A DNA stretch of 64,000 nucleotides. Source: an uncultured Chloroflexia bacterium. GTDB lineage: Bacteria > Chloroflexota > Anaerolineae > CG2-30-64-16. The notes beneath the pieces are model-generated. The model ran no database searches. It saw only the letters and a list, made by a program, of their open reading frames with translations, and was not told where the DNA came from. Position numbers and translations under genes: made by a program. Below are positions 1-10,344 of the stretch, piece by piece (the stretch's first letter is position 1; every line of letters begins with the position of its first letter). Location: NCBI GenBank assembly GCA_963810095.1, contig CAWEMM010000009.1:224001-288000 (forward strand). Direction: 5' to 3'.

Positions 1-485
1 TCCATGTCGTCCGTCACCAGCTCTTTGCGCTCGAGCCAGCGGTCCGCGGTCTTCCGGTGCATCACCTGGACCGGCTGCAGGGTGTAGTCTGGAATCTGGC
101 CGGGCGCGGAGCGGTTGTAGTGGTGCCGGACGTGCGAGTAGGCGGCAACAGCATCGGGGTTCGCCTCCAGCGCGGCGGCGAGCGTCCGCAGGTGCGCAGC
201 ATAGTAGACGTCGTCGGATGGCAGGTAAGCGATTAGCTCCCCCTGCGCCCGGTCCAGCCCCCGATTCAAAGCCGCTCCCAGCCCGATGTTCTCGGGCAAG
301 CGCTCGTAGTGTATTCGGGCATCGGCCAGGAAGGGCTCCACCGCGGCCGCAGTCGCGTCGGGCGAGCCGTCGTCGACAATCAGCAATTCCCAGTCGCTCA
401 GTTCCTGGGCCACCAGGCTTTCGATCGCCCGGGCGATGAACGCTTCCTGCTTGAACGTGGGCATTAGCACCGTGACGAGCGGCAT
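1..485 (-). CDS. Glycosyltransferase family 2 (partial, runs off the left edge)
   Basis: Manual translation of the minus strand from ATG at 485: MPLVTVLMPTFKQEAFIARAIESLVAQELSDWELLIVDDGSPD...NIGLGAALNRGLDRAQGELIAYLPSDD, a classic GT-A N-terminus. RBS AAGGAG upstream. Confidence 0.9.
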   Translation of the reverse strand, partial: MPLVTVLMPTFKQEAFIARAIESLVAQELSDWELLIVDDGSPDATAAAVEPFLADARIHYERLPENIGLGAALNRGLDRAQGELIAYLPSDDVYYAAHLRTLAAALEANPDAVAAYSHVRHHYNRSAPGQIPDYTLQPVQVMHRKTADRWLERKELVTDDM

Positions 486-519
486 ATCGGCTCCTTCATT
501 TGCGGTCAGTCTACGCCAG

Positions 520-552
520 AGACGTCCGAGGTCTCCGAGACCCCGAAGGTCT
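520..552. repeat. Short palindromic doublet (AGACnnCnnnGGTCT x2), REP-like
   Basis: agacgtccgaggtct-ccg-agaccccgaaggtct in the intergenic region. Confidence 0.5.
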
Positions 553-743
553 GCACTACGACCGATTGTACAGTGAGGAACGAGTTGCGACTGTAAGAAA
601 GCACATACAATGAGTATCAAACTTATGTCACACGAGCACACATTTCATTGCGCCTGTCCGCCGAACTGTGGCGGCAATTACCCTCCCGGCAGGCAAAAGG
701 GAGCATAATCGTTGTTGGCGTACTAAACAGCAGGGGAAGCGTG

Positions 744-2093
744 ATGAGTGGAGTTAACGAGTTGAACAATCGTCAAGTAGGCATTGACCAAGTGGAATTT
801 GTGGTCGGCCGCCAGCCGGTCACGATGGAATTTCTTACCGGTTTCGAAAGCACGTTCATGCCCGACCAGGATATGGACGTCCTGGAGACGACCCGGCATT
901 TAGACCACTTCCACCACGATCTCGAACTGGTGGCCGCGGCCGGCATTCACACGCTGCGCTATCCCGTTCCCTGGCACCGCATCGAGCGCGAGGCCGGCAG
1001 CTACGACTGGTCATGGATGGACGCGGTGATGCGGTCGCTGGCAGACTTGGGGCTCGACCCGATCGTCGACCCCATTCACCATACCTCGTTCCCTGCCTGG
1101 CTGGATCAAGGATTCCTGGACGATCGGTTCGTCGAAGCGTACACCGGCTTTGTACAGGCGTTTGCCGATCGCTATCCGTGGGTGCGGCGCTACACGCCCT
1201 TCAACGAGCCTATGCCGACCACGCTTTTTTGCGCGGACCAGGGCATCTGGAAGCCGTATGCACGACACGAGCGCCACTGGCTGCGAATGGCACGCAATGT
1301 CGCGTTTGCCGTCGCGCGTGTCTCTCGGCTTCTTAAGCAGGGGAACCCGAACATCGAGATTGTCCACGTCGACACGTGCGAAGCGCACCATGCCATGGAC
1401 GCGAAATCGGAGCCCTGGGCGCGCTACCTGAACCAGCGCCGCTTCCTCCTGCACGATCTGATCCTCGGCCGCGTAAATCAGGAGCACCCCCTTCACTGGT
1501 TCGTGGAGGAGCACGGGCTGTCCGTCGAGGACGGCATTTCAGAAGCAGACCTGGATTGGTTGGCCGAGAACCCGGCGCGCATCGACGTGCTGGGCCTGGA
1601 CTATTATGCCCACGCCGAGCAGCAGTTTCACGAGAGCGGCTCCAACATCCCCAGCCTCGCGCCGTACGGGTTCGCGGAGGTGGCGCGGCAGTACATCGAG
1701 TACTTCAACCTGCCTATCATGCTGACGGAGACGAATATTCGCGGCTACGTGTCTGACCGGCTGAGCTGGCTGAAGTACATGGTCGAGCAGTCAGAGCTGC
1801 TCGTGGCACAGGGCGCCGATCTGCGCGGCTTCTGCTGGTTTCCGTTCATCGACAGCACCGACTGGGACTCGCTCCTCAGCTGTGCGTGCAATCACCTCGA
1901 TCCGGTTGGCGTCTACTGGCTGGACGAGGACCGCGACAGGCACGCCTCGGAGTTCTCGGACGTGTACGCCGCGCTGGCACGCGGGCAGATCACGTCGCGC
2001 GAGATACCGGCCTACGTGTTCCAGGAACCGGTCAGCACCGAATTGCAGGGGTTCATGCCGCAGATGCAGCACTGGGATTGGCAGCAGCCGTGA
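744..2093 (+). CDS. Glycoside hydrolase family 1-like protein (beta-glycosidase)
   Basis: LRYPVPWHRIE, FNEP acid/base motif, GLDYY, TETN nucleophile motif. Start codon uncertain (741/744/826). Confidence 0.85.
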   Translation: MSGVNELNNRQVGIDQVEFVVGRQPVTMEFLTGFESTFMPDQDMDVLETTRHLDHFHHDLELVAAAGIHTLRYPVPWHRIEREAGSYDWSWMDAVMRSLADLGLDPIVDPIHHTSFPAWLDQGFLDDRFVEAYTGFVQAFADRYPWVRRYTPFNEPMPTTLFCADQGIWKPYARHERHWLRMARNVAFAVARVSRLLKQGNPNIEIVHVDTCEAHHAMDAKSEPWARYLNQRRFLLHDLILGRVNQEHPLHWFVEEHGLSVEDGISEADLDWLAENPARIDVLGLDYYAHAEQQFHESGSNIPSLAPYGFAEVARQYIEYFNLPIMLTETNIRGYVSDRLSWLKYMVEQSELLVAQGADLRGFCWFPFIDSTDWDSLLSCACNHLDPVGVYWLDEDRDRHASEFSDVYAALARGQITSREIPAYVFQEPVSTELQGFMPQMQHWDWQQP

Positions 2094-2968
2094 GCCCCTT
2101 CCATCTCCCACCCGGTGAGGGCCTGTTTAAGGAACTCCCCAACGGCTTTCGAATCCCGACGTACGGCCTGGGCACCTGGGGTGTTGGCGGGCGGCAACGG
2201 GCCGACGCATCGCGGGATCGTGAGGAGATCTCCGTCATCTCCGCAGCCATCGACCTGGGCGTGCGTCATATCGACACGGCCGAGCTCTACGGTGCGGGCC
2301 ACGCCGAGGAACTGGTCGGCGCGGCCATCAAGGGCCACCGGCGCTCGCAGCTCTTCCTCGCATCCAAGGCGCCGGCCCACCGGCTGACGCGCAGGGAAAT
2401 CGTGCTGGCCGCCGAGGAAAGCCTGCGCCGGCTGAACACCGAATACCTCGATCTGTACCTGGTCCATCACCCGAGCGACGAGGTCCCGGTTGGGGAAACG
2501 ATGGCAGGCATGGACGAACTGGTGCGGCGCGGCCTGGTACGCTACGTCGGGGTGAGCAACTTCAGCGCTGGCCGCCTCGCGGCGGCACAGGCCGTGTCGC
2601 CCCAGCCGATCGTGGCGAACCAGGTGCACTACAGCATTCGCGTCCGCCAAGCCGAGCGCAGCGGACTGCTCCGGTACTGCCAGGAGCACGATGTGATGCT
2701 GGTGGCATGGCAGCCCGTCGAGCAGGGGCTGTTCGGCGATTTGCTGCATGTGGTTGCGGCCAGTTACGACGCCACACCGGTCCAGGCCGCACTCAACTGG
2801 CTCATCTCGCAGCCCAACGTGGTCGCGATTGCCCGCACGAGCCGGATCGAGCATCTGCGGGAAAACCTGGCGGCGCTGGGGTGGAGGATGGAACCCCGGG
2901 ACATCGAGTTGCTGCGGGCCGAGTATCACGACCAGGTCGACGCCTCAGAAACCTACGCGCTGCGCTGA
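2090..2968 (+). CDS. Aldo/keto reductase
   Basis: GLGTW, IDTAELYG, LRRLNTEYLDLYLVHHP, GVSNFS, NQVHY. GTG start overlaps the GH1 stop (GTGA). Confidence 0.92.
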   Translation: MSPFHLPPGEGLFKELPNGFRIPTYGLGTWGVGGRQRADASRDREEISVISAAIDLGVRHIDTAELYGAGHAEELVGAAIKGHRRSQLFLASKAPAHRLTRREIVLAAEESLRRLNTEYLDLYLVHHPSDEVPVGETMAGMDELVRRGLVRYVGVSNFSAGRLAAAQAVSPQPIVANQVHYSIRVRQAERSGLLRYCQEHDVMLVAWQPVEQGLFGDLLHVVAASYDATPVQAALNWLISQPNVVAIARTSRIEHLRENLAALGWRMEPRDIELLRAEYHDQVDASETYALR

Positions 2969-2984
2969 CCTGAAGCGCAAAACA

Positions 2985-3017
2985 AAAAGCCAGGCTCCTG
3001 TCGGAAGCCTGGCTTTT
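2985..3017. terminator. Bidirectional intrinsic terminator
   Basis: AAAAGCCAGGCT-loop-AGCCTGGCTTTT between convergent genes. Confidence 0.8.
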
Positions 3018-3057
3018 CGGGGTCCGGTCGCCAATCAGCGCCGTTCGCTGCCTGCTG

Positions 3058-4251
3058 TTACTTGCGACCCTGGACGCGCGGCTCGGGTGCGCGGACAACC
3101 GTGGCCGGAATAGTCGTCAGCAGGGTGGGCGTTGCACCCGCCTGTGCTGCCTCGGTGCGGCTCATGCCCTTCATGCGGGCGTACAGCGTCAGCGCCTGCG
3201 CGGTAACCTGGTCCATGTTGTAATAGCGATACGTGGCCAGCCTGCCGACGAAGTGGACGTTCGGCGTCGAATCCGCCAGTTCCTTGTACTGCTTGTACAG
3301 TTCCTGGTTCTCGGGCCTCGGCACCGGATAATACGGATCGCCCTCGGCGCGGGGGTGTTCGTAGACGATCGACGTCTTGGGATGGACCTGGCCCGTCAGG
3401 TACTTGAACTCGGTGACGCGCGTGTACGAGTGCTCGTTCGGATAGTTCACGACCGGCGCCGTCTGGAACGTTTCGACGTCGTGCGTTTCGTGCTTGAACT
3501 CGAGCGACCGGTATGGCAGCTTGCCATACACGTAATCAAAGAACTCGTCCACCGGCCCCGTGTAGATCATCTCGCGGAACGGGATCAGGCCGAGCACTTC
3601 GCGATAGTCCGTGTTGAGCATGATCTTGATATTGGGATGATCGAGCATGTTCTCGAACATGCGCGTGTACCCGTGGAGTGGCATGGCCTGGTAGGTGTCG
3701 GTGAAGTAGCGGTTGTCGCGGTTCGTCCGGATAGGCACCCGAGCAGTCACCGACGCGTCCAGTTCCGACGGGTCGAGGTCCCACTGCTTGCGGGTGTAGT
3801 TCCGGAAGAACTTCTCGTACAACTCACGGCCCACCTTGCTCACCACCACGTCCTCCGAGGTCCGCACGGGGTCGCGCGGTTCGGCGAGCGAGGCGATGAA
3901 TTCGCCCATCTCCTGCGAGTTCAAGTGCATGTTGTATAGCTGGTTGATGGTGTCAAGGTTGATCGGCATTGGCACCAGTTGGCCGTCGACGCTGGCCTGG
4001 ACGCGGTGTTCGTATGGCCGCCAGAGCGTGAAGCGCGACAGGAAGTCGAACACTTCTTTGCTGTTGGTATGGAAGATGTGCGGGCCATACCGGTGCACCA
4101 GGATGCCGGCCTCGTTATACTGGTCGTACGCGTTCCCCCCGACGTGCGGGCGCCGATCGACGAGCAGGACCCGCATATCCGAGCCTGCTGCCAACCGTTC
4201 TGCCAACACGCTTCCGGCGAACCCGGCGCCGACGATAAGGTAATCAAACAT
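3058..4251 (-). CDS. glf: UDP-galactopyranose mutase
   Basis: IVGAGFAG FAD motif, GGNAYD, HRYGPHIFHT, DPYYPVP, GRLATYRYYNMDQ. Confidence 0.97.
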   Translation of the reverse strand: MFDYLIVGAGFAGSVLAERLAAGSDMRVLLVDRRPHVGGNAYDQYNEAGILVHRYGPHIFHTNSKEVFDFLSRFTLWRPYEHRVQASVDGQLVPMPINLDTINQLYNMHLNSQEMGEFIASLAEPRDPVRTSEDVVVSKVGRELYEKFFRNYTRKQWDLDPSELDASVTARVPIRTNRDNRYFTDTYQAMPLHGYTRMFENMLDHPNIKIMLNTDYREVLGLIPFREMIYTGPVDEFFDYVYGKLPYRSLEFKHETHDVETFQTAPVVNYPNEHSYTRVTEFKYLTGQVHPKTSIVYEHPRAEGDPYYPVPRPENQELYKQYKELADSTPNVHFVGRLATYRYYNMDQVTAQALTLYARMKGMSRTEAAQAGATPTLLTTIPATVVRAPEPRVQGRK

Positions 4252-4302
4252 TTATCTACTCTCCACTCATTGACGCCGGCAAAGCCGGCCTTCTCAATAC
4301 AA

Positions 4303-5574
4303 CTACAGTCGTTCCACATCAACGCCCGCAGCCGCGGGAGACATCGCTGCCATTTCGTCGGCAACTGTCCTTGCGGCGCAGGCTTGAATCAATCCGTCCA
4401 TGTCAGACCAGGTGCGGTCCCATGAATTCTCTTTGAGGAACTCGTCTACCTTGGCCAACCACGCCGCACGTTCGTCTGGCGTGGCTGCAAGCGCGGCTTC
4501 CACGGCCGCCACCGTTTCTTCGGGCGAGTCTGCTATGCGCACGAGCCCGCTTTCCCCGTAGGGCCGGACGACGTCGCGAATGCTGGTCGACACAACCGGG
4601 CGGCCGCCCGCCAGGTACTCCGGCGTCTTGGTGGGCGAAATGAACCGCGTCGAGTCGTTGTGGGCGAATGGCATCAGTGCCACATCCCATCCCGCCAGGT
4701 ACTGGGGCAACACGTCGTACGGTTTCTGGCCGAGGTAATGAATGTTTGGCGCCTGGGGCGCACTCTTCGGATCGATCTTCACGATCGGCCCGATCAGCAC
4801 CAGGTGCCAATCTGGCCGCAAACGGGCGACCTGCTCGACAAGCTGCAGATCCATGCGCTCGTCGATCACGCCGAAAAAGCCGAGCCGCGGGTGGGGGATG
4901 CCGGCCTGGTCGGCGAGCAAAGGGTTCGCCGCCTCGTCTTGGGCCACGCGCGCCTGCCCGAAATGATGTGCGTCGATGCTGCTCGGGAAAAGATGGACGC
5001 GGGGGTGCTGCTTGCGCTTGGCCTCAAATAGGCTCGGCCCACCCGTGAAGACCACGTCGGCCCGATCGAAGAGCTCGAGTTCGAGCTCCCTAAGCTGTGG
5101 ATTGGCGCCCTTGAACATGGACAACTCGTCCATGCAGTCATACACGGTGGCTGCCGGCGCCAACTCACGGGTGAACCGGAGCGCCCACGGGGTGTAGTAC
5201 CAGACGACGTAACGGTCGACCCCTTGCTCGGCCAGGAACTGCCGCACGAGCCCGGCTTTATAGTCCTCGCGCGCCGCGCCGGCCAGTTCTTCCGGCAAAT
5301 AGGGCCGGACAACCCACAGCTGCGGCAGCTTCTGCATGACTTCCAACCGAGGCTCCCCGGGGGTGGGCAGCGCCTCCTCCCAAAAGAAGACACGCCGCGT
5401 GCGCGCCGCTCGGCTCAGCAGGTGCTGCGGTCGTTGGTATACAAAATCCCATCTCAAATGAGAAAGCACCAGTAGATCTGACGTCCCGAGGTCCGTGATT
5501 GTGCTCCCTGCCGCGCGAGTCAGCTGGCCATCTCGCATCATGCCTGTCCACCCTTCTATATCGATTCGCTCCAA
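4303..5574 (-). CDS. Glycosyltransferase (GT-B/GT4-like, glf-associated)
   Basis: SHLRWDFVYQRPQHL, YDCMDELS, GFFGVIDERMD, SPTKTPEYLAGG. Start may be 5541. Confidence 0.9.
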   Translation of the reverse strand: MERIDIEGWTGMMRDGQLTRAAGSTITDLGTSDLLVLSHLRWDFVYQRPQHLLSRAARTRRVFFWEEALPTPGEPRLEVMQKLPQLWVVRPYLPEELAGAAREDYKAGLVRQFLAEQGVDRYVVWYYTPWALRFTRELAPAATVYDCMDELSMFKGANPQLRELELELFDRADVVFTGGPSLFEAKRKQHPRVHLFPSSIDAHHFGQARVAQDEAANPLLADQAGIPHPRLGFFGVIDERMDLQLVEQVARLRPDWHLVLIGPIVKIDPKSAPQAPNIHYLGQKPYDVLPQYLAGWDVALMPFAHNDSTRFISPTKTPEYLAGGRPVVSTSIRDVVRPYGESGLVRIADSPEETVAAVEAALAATPDERAAWLAKVDEFLKENSWDRTWSDMDGLIQACAARTVADEMAAMSPAAAGVDVERL

Positions 5575-5763
5575 CTCAGCTCATGCCCGGTTCACCGGCA
5601 CGCCGCGCGACCGACTGGATCGCGCACGCGCCCATCAGTACAATTTTGTTGCAAAAAGTCACTTAACGGAAGGGCGGATTGCTGTATTTATGGCCGAAAT
5701 CTCGGGGAGCCCGCCCGCCCCGCAACAAGACATGATCCACTTCGGGGCTCGATTCAGCGTTCG

Positions 5764-5772
5764 TGTTATAAT
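5764..5772 (+). promoter_or_regulatory. Extended -10 promoter (TGtTATAAT), probably leaderless
   Basis: TGTTATAAT ends 6 nt before the ATG at 5779, with no Shine-Dalgarno sequence. Confidence 0.65.
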
Positions 5773-5778
5773 CCCTAC

Positions 5779-7018
5779 ATGACGTTCGACCTTTCCCAAC
5801 TGCCTGAGCCCGGCAAGAAACGCCTGGCCGTGCGCCTGACGCCCGCCGCGCAGCGCGCCGTTCACCAGGGCCATCCCTGGGTTTTCGACCACGCGATCCG
5901 GTCGGTCAGCCCGCAAGGCCGGCCGGGCGATCTTGCGGTCATCTTTGACGATTACCGGCGTTTCCTCGCCGTTGGCCTGTACGATCCTGATTCGCCGATT
6001 CGCATTCGGCTGCTGCAGCAGGGAGCACCGGCGACCGTGGACGGCGCCTGGTTCAGCGGCAGGCTCAGGGCCGCGGCCGCGATACGCGAGCCCCTGGCCG
6101 CGACCGGGACTACCGGATACCGGCTCGTGCACGGCGAGAACGACGGATTGCCCGGCCTCGTCATCGACCGTTATGCCGGAACGCTCGTCGTCAAGCTTTA
6201 CACGCTGGCCTGGCTGCCCTGGCTCTCGACCCTGCTCGGGGTCATCGACGATGTCCAGCCGTCCGAAACGATTGTGCTCCGGCTGAGCCGCGACGCCGCA
6301 GCCAATCCGGGCCTCCCGCACGGCGTGCGCGATGGCACCGTGCTGCGCGGGCCCGCGCCCGCCGCGCCCGTCCAGTTCCACGAGAACGGCCTGCTCTTCG
6401 CTGCCGACGTGCTGAACGGTCAAAAGACCGGCTTCTTTCTGGATCAGCGCGACAACCGCGCGCGTTCGCCGGCTGGCCGCCCGCTGTCGCACCCTCAACG
6501 CGTTTGCCTACAGCGGCGGCTTCTCGGTCTACGCTGCCGCGGGGGGCGCGCCGTCGGTTGTCAGCCTCGACCTGAGTGCCGCAGCGCTGAAGGATGCCGA
6601 GCTCAATTTCCGGCTCAACCGGGAGATCCCAGCCGTGGCAGCTTCTCGCCACCAGACGATCGCGGGAGATGCCTTCGAAGAACTGGGCACACTCGCCCGT
6701 GGTGGCGCGAGGTTCGACCTGGTGATCGCAGATCCCCCCGCCTTTGCCAAGCGCGAGAGCGAAGCGGCCCGGGCGCTGCAGTCGTATGCCCGGCTGACGA
6801 AGCTGGTGCTGGGTGTGACCCGGCCCGGGGGGACGGTGGTCCTGGCCTCGTGCTCGAGCCGGGTCAGTGCGGCCGACTTCTTCGGCGCGGTGACCGGCGC
6901 GGCGCTTGAAGCAAAACGGCCGCTCCGCGAGATCGAGCGGACGGGCCACGCACTCGATCATCCGGTCGGCTTTCCCGAGGGCGCGTACTTGAAATGCCTT
7001 TTTGCGGTTGCCCCCTGA
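5779..7018 (+). CDS. rlmI: RlmI-like class I SAM-dependent rRNA m5C methyltransferase (frameshift ~6465)
   Basis: PUA-type N-terminus GHPWVF, YRLVHGENDGLPGL, GQKTGFFLDQRDNR. Continues in another frame with LNAFAYSGGF, DPPAFAK, SCSS, EGAYLK. Confidence 0.85.
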
Positions 7019-7108
7019 GCGCAGGGTGGGCGCGCGGCTGGCTGAGCCGCTCCGCCGACTCTGTTCGGCTGCGGGCGCCCCGCTGAGGAATGTTCCTGGA
7101 AACGATTG

Positions 7109-9121
7109 ATGGCTACCGATACTGATACTTTCTACGACGAACCGGAGCTCGAACAGCTTTCTCCCGAAGAAGAGGCGCTGGCGCAGCCGATTAAGTGTCC
7201 CGACATGGCCCCCCTCTTTGCGGCCGGCGGGCCGGTCCACCAGCTGCTCGGCGAGCGTTACCGCCCCAGGCCGGGGCAGGTTCACATGGCCGAGCAAATT
7301 GCCGGGCTGCTGCGCCAGCCGGGGCATGCGCTGATCGAGGCAGGAACGGGCATCGGCAAGTCCTTTGCTTACCTGATCCCGGCCATCTGGTCGGGCACGC
7401 CCGCGGTGGTCAGCACGTCGAACAAGGCTCTGATGGCCCAGTTGTGGCACAAGGACGTCCCTGCACTGCAGGCGATCGCCCCGCGGCCCATCAAGGCGGT
7501 GCTGCTTAAGGGCCGCTCGAACTACCTCTGCGCTCTGCGCATGCGCGATCTGACACCCCGCCAGCGCAAGCTGTCCGCCTTTGGGGGCGACCTGGAGCGT
7601 GTGCAGGAGGGCCTGGCCCGGGTGCCCACGGGCGACGTGGAGGAGATGGGCCTGCCGCCCGGCATGGCTGCGAACCTCACCGTCGATTTCCGCGGCTGCG
7701 AAGGTTTCAAGTGTCCCGAGTTCCGTTCCTGCTTCTTTGAGCGCGCTCGGGCCGCTGCCCAGCAAGCCGACCTGGTGATTACCAACCACGCGGTGCTCTG
7801 CTTCAACGTGCTGCAGCAGGCCAACTCTGCGCTGCCCGTGCGCCCGCTGCTCATCGTGGACGAGGCGCACGAGCTGCCGGGATATGCGGTCAACGCGCTG
7901 TCCGAATCGCTCGAGTACGAGACGCTGCCGAGCCTGGTGAACCACCCCATCGCAAAAGACGTGGCCGACAACGAGCTGCGGCGCCAGGCGGCCGAGTACA
8001 ACCAGGCCTTCTTTGCCGCGCTGAGCAGCCAGCGTCCCAGTCGTTTCGCCACCCGTTGGGCCCTGCAGGGCGAAATCCAGGAAGGGCTGCGACTGTTCGA
8101 CGTGCTCAGCACCATCGGCAAGAAGCTGAGCGGCTACCAGCCGGATAAGGACGCGGAGGGCCAATTCGAGGCGTTGCAGCGCCAGGCCGCCGAAGCCGTG
8201 TTTACGGTGCGGGCACTGTCGGTGCCTGAGTCCGAGTCCGCCATTCGAATATGTGAGTTGGCCGACGAACGGACCTCGGGCGAGATCGGCGGGCTGAAAA
8301 TCACCTACCGGCCGCTCGAAGTGCAGTCGCGCCTGCAGTCCGACCTCTTCGGGGAGTGGCCCCGGGTGGTCTGCACGAGTGCGACGCTCGCGCTGGGGAG
8401 CGACCTGGGCTGGTTTCAGCGCAGCGTGGGCGCGGTCAGCGAGAAGCGGCCCACCGCGCTGGTGCGCATTCCGAGTCCTTTCGACTTCAAGCGGAACGTC
8501 CTCATCTACACCCCGCCCGGCCTGGTCCCACTCTACGAAGGGGCGGCAGAGGAACGCTACCTGCAGAAGCTGGCCGCGGAGGTGCGGCGGCTGGTTCTCG
8601 CCAGTGGCGGGCGGGCGTTCGTGCTCTGCACGAGCAAGCGCCGGGCCGGACAGCTCTTTGAGATCGTCGCGCCCGGGCTGCCCTTCCTGTGCCTGAGCCA
8701 GGACGGCCGGACGTCGCGCCGCGACCTGCTCGAGCGGTTCCAGGCGGACGGACACGCCGTGCTCTTTGCCACGCGCAGCTTCTGGGAAGGGGTCGACGTC
8801 CCAGGTGAAGCCCTGTCGCTCGTGATCCTCGACAAGATCCCGTTCCTGCCCCAGGATGACCCGGTGTTAAAGCGGCAGGAGAAGCTGATTGCCGACCGGC
8901 AGGGCAACCCGTTCAACGAGCTCCAGCTGAGCCACGCGATCCTCACGCTGCGACAGGGCGCGGGCCGCCTGGTGCGCACGGAGGACGACCGGGGGGTCAT
9001 CGCCCTCCTCGACTCACGCATCCTCGAAAAGTCCTACGGCCAGAAGATTCTGGCCGCGCTGCCCGACGGCCGGCCGACGCGGAAGTTCGAGGATGTGGCG
9101 GCGTTCTTCGAGGCCAAGTGA
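7109..9121 (+). CDS. DinG/YoaA-family ATP-dependent DNA helicase
   Basis: EAGTGIGKS Walker A, Fe-S cysteines (NYLC...CEGFKC...C), DEAH, TSATL, FWEGVDVPG, QGAGRLVR. Confidence 0.95.
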   Translation: MATDTDTFYDEPELEQLSPEEEALAQPIKCPDMAPLFAAGGPVHQLLGERYRPRPGQVHMAEQIAGLLRQPGHALIEAGTGIGKSFAYLIPAIWSGTPAVVSTSNKALMAQLWHKDVPALQAIAPRPIKAVLLKGRSNYLCALRMRDLTPRQRKLSAFGGDLERVQEGLARVPTGDVEEMGLPPGMAANLTVDFRGCEGFKCPEFRSCFFERARAAAQQADLVITNHAVLCFNVLQQANSALPVRPLLIVDEAHELPGYAVNALSESLEYETLPSLVNHPIAKDVADNELRRQAAEYNQAFFAALSSQRPSRFATRWALQGEIQEGLRLFDVLSTIGKKLSGYQPDKDAEGQFEALQRQAAEAVFTVRALSVPESESAIRICELADERTSGEIGGLKITYRPLEVQSRLQSDLFGEWPRVVCTSATLALGSDLGWFQRSVGAVSEKRPTALVRIPSPFDFKRNVLIYTPPGLVPLYEGAAEERYLQKLAAEVRRLVLASGGRAFVLCTSKRRAGQLFEIVAPGLPFLCLSQDGRTSRRDLLERFQADGHAVLFATRSFWEGVDVPGEALSLVILDKIPFLPQDDPVLKRQEKLIADRQGNPFNELQLSHAILTLRQGAGRLVRTEDDRGVIALLDSRILEKSYGQKILAALPDGRPTRKFEDVAAFFEAK

Positions 9122-9231
9122 GGACCGGCGGGCACCGGATCACAATGGTGCCTGGGGGCGTCTTTGTTTCCTGCGCTGGCGGCGACCTGCCTGGACTTGC
9201 TTTGATCGTAAGATCGGTGAAAGGATGACGG

Positions 9232-9729
9232 ATGAAACTGACTCACGTGCGCTTGCTGGTCAACGACTTCGATGCGTGTTTCCGCTTTTACCGCGACATG
9301 ATGGGCTTCCAGGTGCAGTGGGGCGCCGAGGGCTCGGGCTACGCCGACTTCCGCGGCCGCGGCGAGGCGATGGTCGCGCTCTTCAGCAGGCAAGAGATGG
9401 CCGAGACGCTCGGGGAGGCTGTCTTGCCCTCTGAGCTCTCCTGCCAGGACCGCGCCATGCTGATCTTTGAGGCAGCGGATTTGGACTCGACCGTCGAGGC
9501 GCTAAGGGCACGGGGCGTGCAGTTCGTTACCGAGCTCCAGGAGCGCCCGGACTGGGGCATTCGCACCGTCCATCTCCGCGATCCCGACGGCAACTTGATC
9601 GAGATCAACAGCCCGCTGTTGGAATCCCAGTGGTCGGACGAGCTGGCGGACGAAGCAGAGCATTACACGACCACCGGCGGGGCCGCGAATCCGGGCAGCA
9701 CGATCGGCGACACGAGCCTTCAGCAATAG
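9232..9729 (+). CDS. VOC/glyoxalase family protein
   Basis: HVRLLV...FYRD.MGF and WGIRTVHLRDPDGNLIEI. Confidence 0.9.
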   Translation: MKLTHVRLLVNDFDACFRFYRDMMGFQVQWGAEGSGYADFRGRGEAMVALFSRQEMAETLGEAVLPSELSCQDRAMLIFEAADLDSTVEALRARGVQFVTELQERPDWGIRTVHLRDPDGNLIEINSPLLESQWSDELADEAEHYTTTGGAANPGSTIGDTSLQQ

Positions 9730-9801
9730 CCTGGTGGCGGACCGCGCATCATGGGCCGGAAGCGGCTTTGACGCGCTATTGGGATCCGGGGAGGGGATGC
9801 G

Positions 9802-10284
9802 ATGATCACACCGCAACAGCTGGCAGAAGCATTCGGGCGCAACGTCACGATCGCCCAGCTGCAGGCAAAGGGCCTGACGCACGCGGACTCGCTTCTGCAA
9901 CCGCTGTTTCGGGGCAATTGCCTGAACTGGGTGCTGGGGCACATGCTCACCAACCGCGACGCCATACTCGGTTGGCTGGGCGAAGGCTCGGTGGGCGGCG
10001 AACGCGCAGAACGCTACCGTCGCGAGAGCGACCCGGTTACCGGTCCGGCAGACGAGCTGCTCCCGTTGGACGAGCTGCTCACCCTGCTCACGGCGTCTCA
10101 GGAGAAACTGGCAGCCGCCCTCACGGCGCTGAGCGACGAGGATCTCGAGCGCGAGGTTGTGCTGGGCACCCGCGCCTCGCCGCTCCGCAACCGGCTTTTC
10201 TTCCTCTACTTCCACGACACCTATCACGTGGGGCAGACCGAGTTGCTGCGGCAGTTGGCCGGGGTGAACGATCAGGTAATCTAG
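9802..10284 (+). CDS. DinB family protein
   Basis: GNCLNWVLGH and FHDTYHVGQ metal-binding His pattern. Confidence 0.85.
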   Translation: MITPQQLAEAFGRNVTIAQLQAKGLTHADSLLQPLFRGNCLNWVLGHMLTNRDAILGWLGEGSVGGERAERYRRESDPVTGPADELLPLDELLTLLTASQEKLAAALTALSDEDLEREVVLGTRASPLRNRLFFLYFHDTYHVGQTELLRQLAGVNDQVI

Positions 10285-10293
10285 GGGGCAAAC

Positions 10294-10325
10294 AGAAACC
10301 TGGTCTCGGAAGAAACCAGGTTTCT
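10294..10325. repeat. AGAAACCnGGTTTCT-type palindromic doublet (intergenic copy)
   Basis: agaaacctggtctcggaagaaaccaggtttct. Related copies at 25686, 45855, 57737 and 61717. Confidence 0.75.
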
Positions 10326-10344
10326 TGCTGCCTCGCCCCGGCGA

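Noticed and set aside
6242-8755. Long antisense ORFs (e.g. 6242-8755, 30522-33335, 37127-38671, 54277-55791)
   Set aside because: Shadow ORFs opposite well-supported genes in high-GC DNA, with no recognisable motifs.
7109-9121. DinG as a type IV CRISPR (CasDinG) or defence component
   Set aside because: No cas genes or array nearby. It has the Fe-S cysteines and context of a housekeeping DinG/YoaA helicase.
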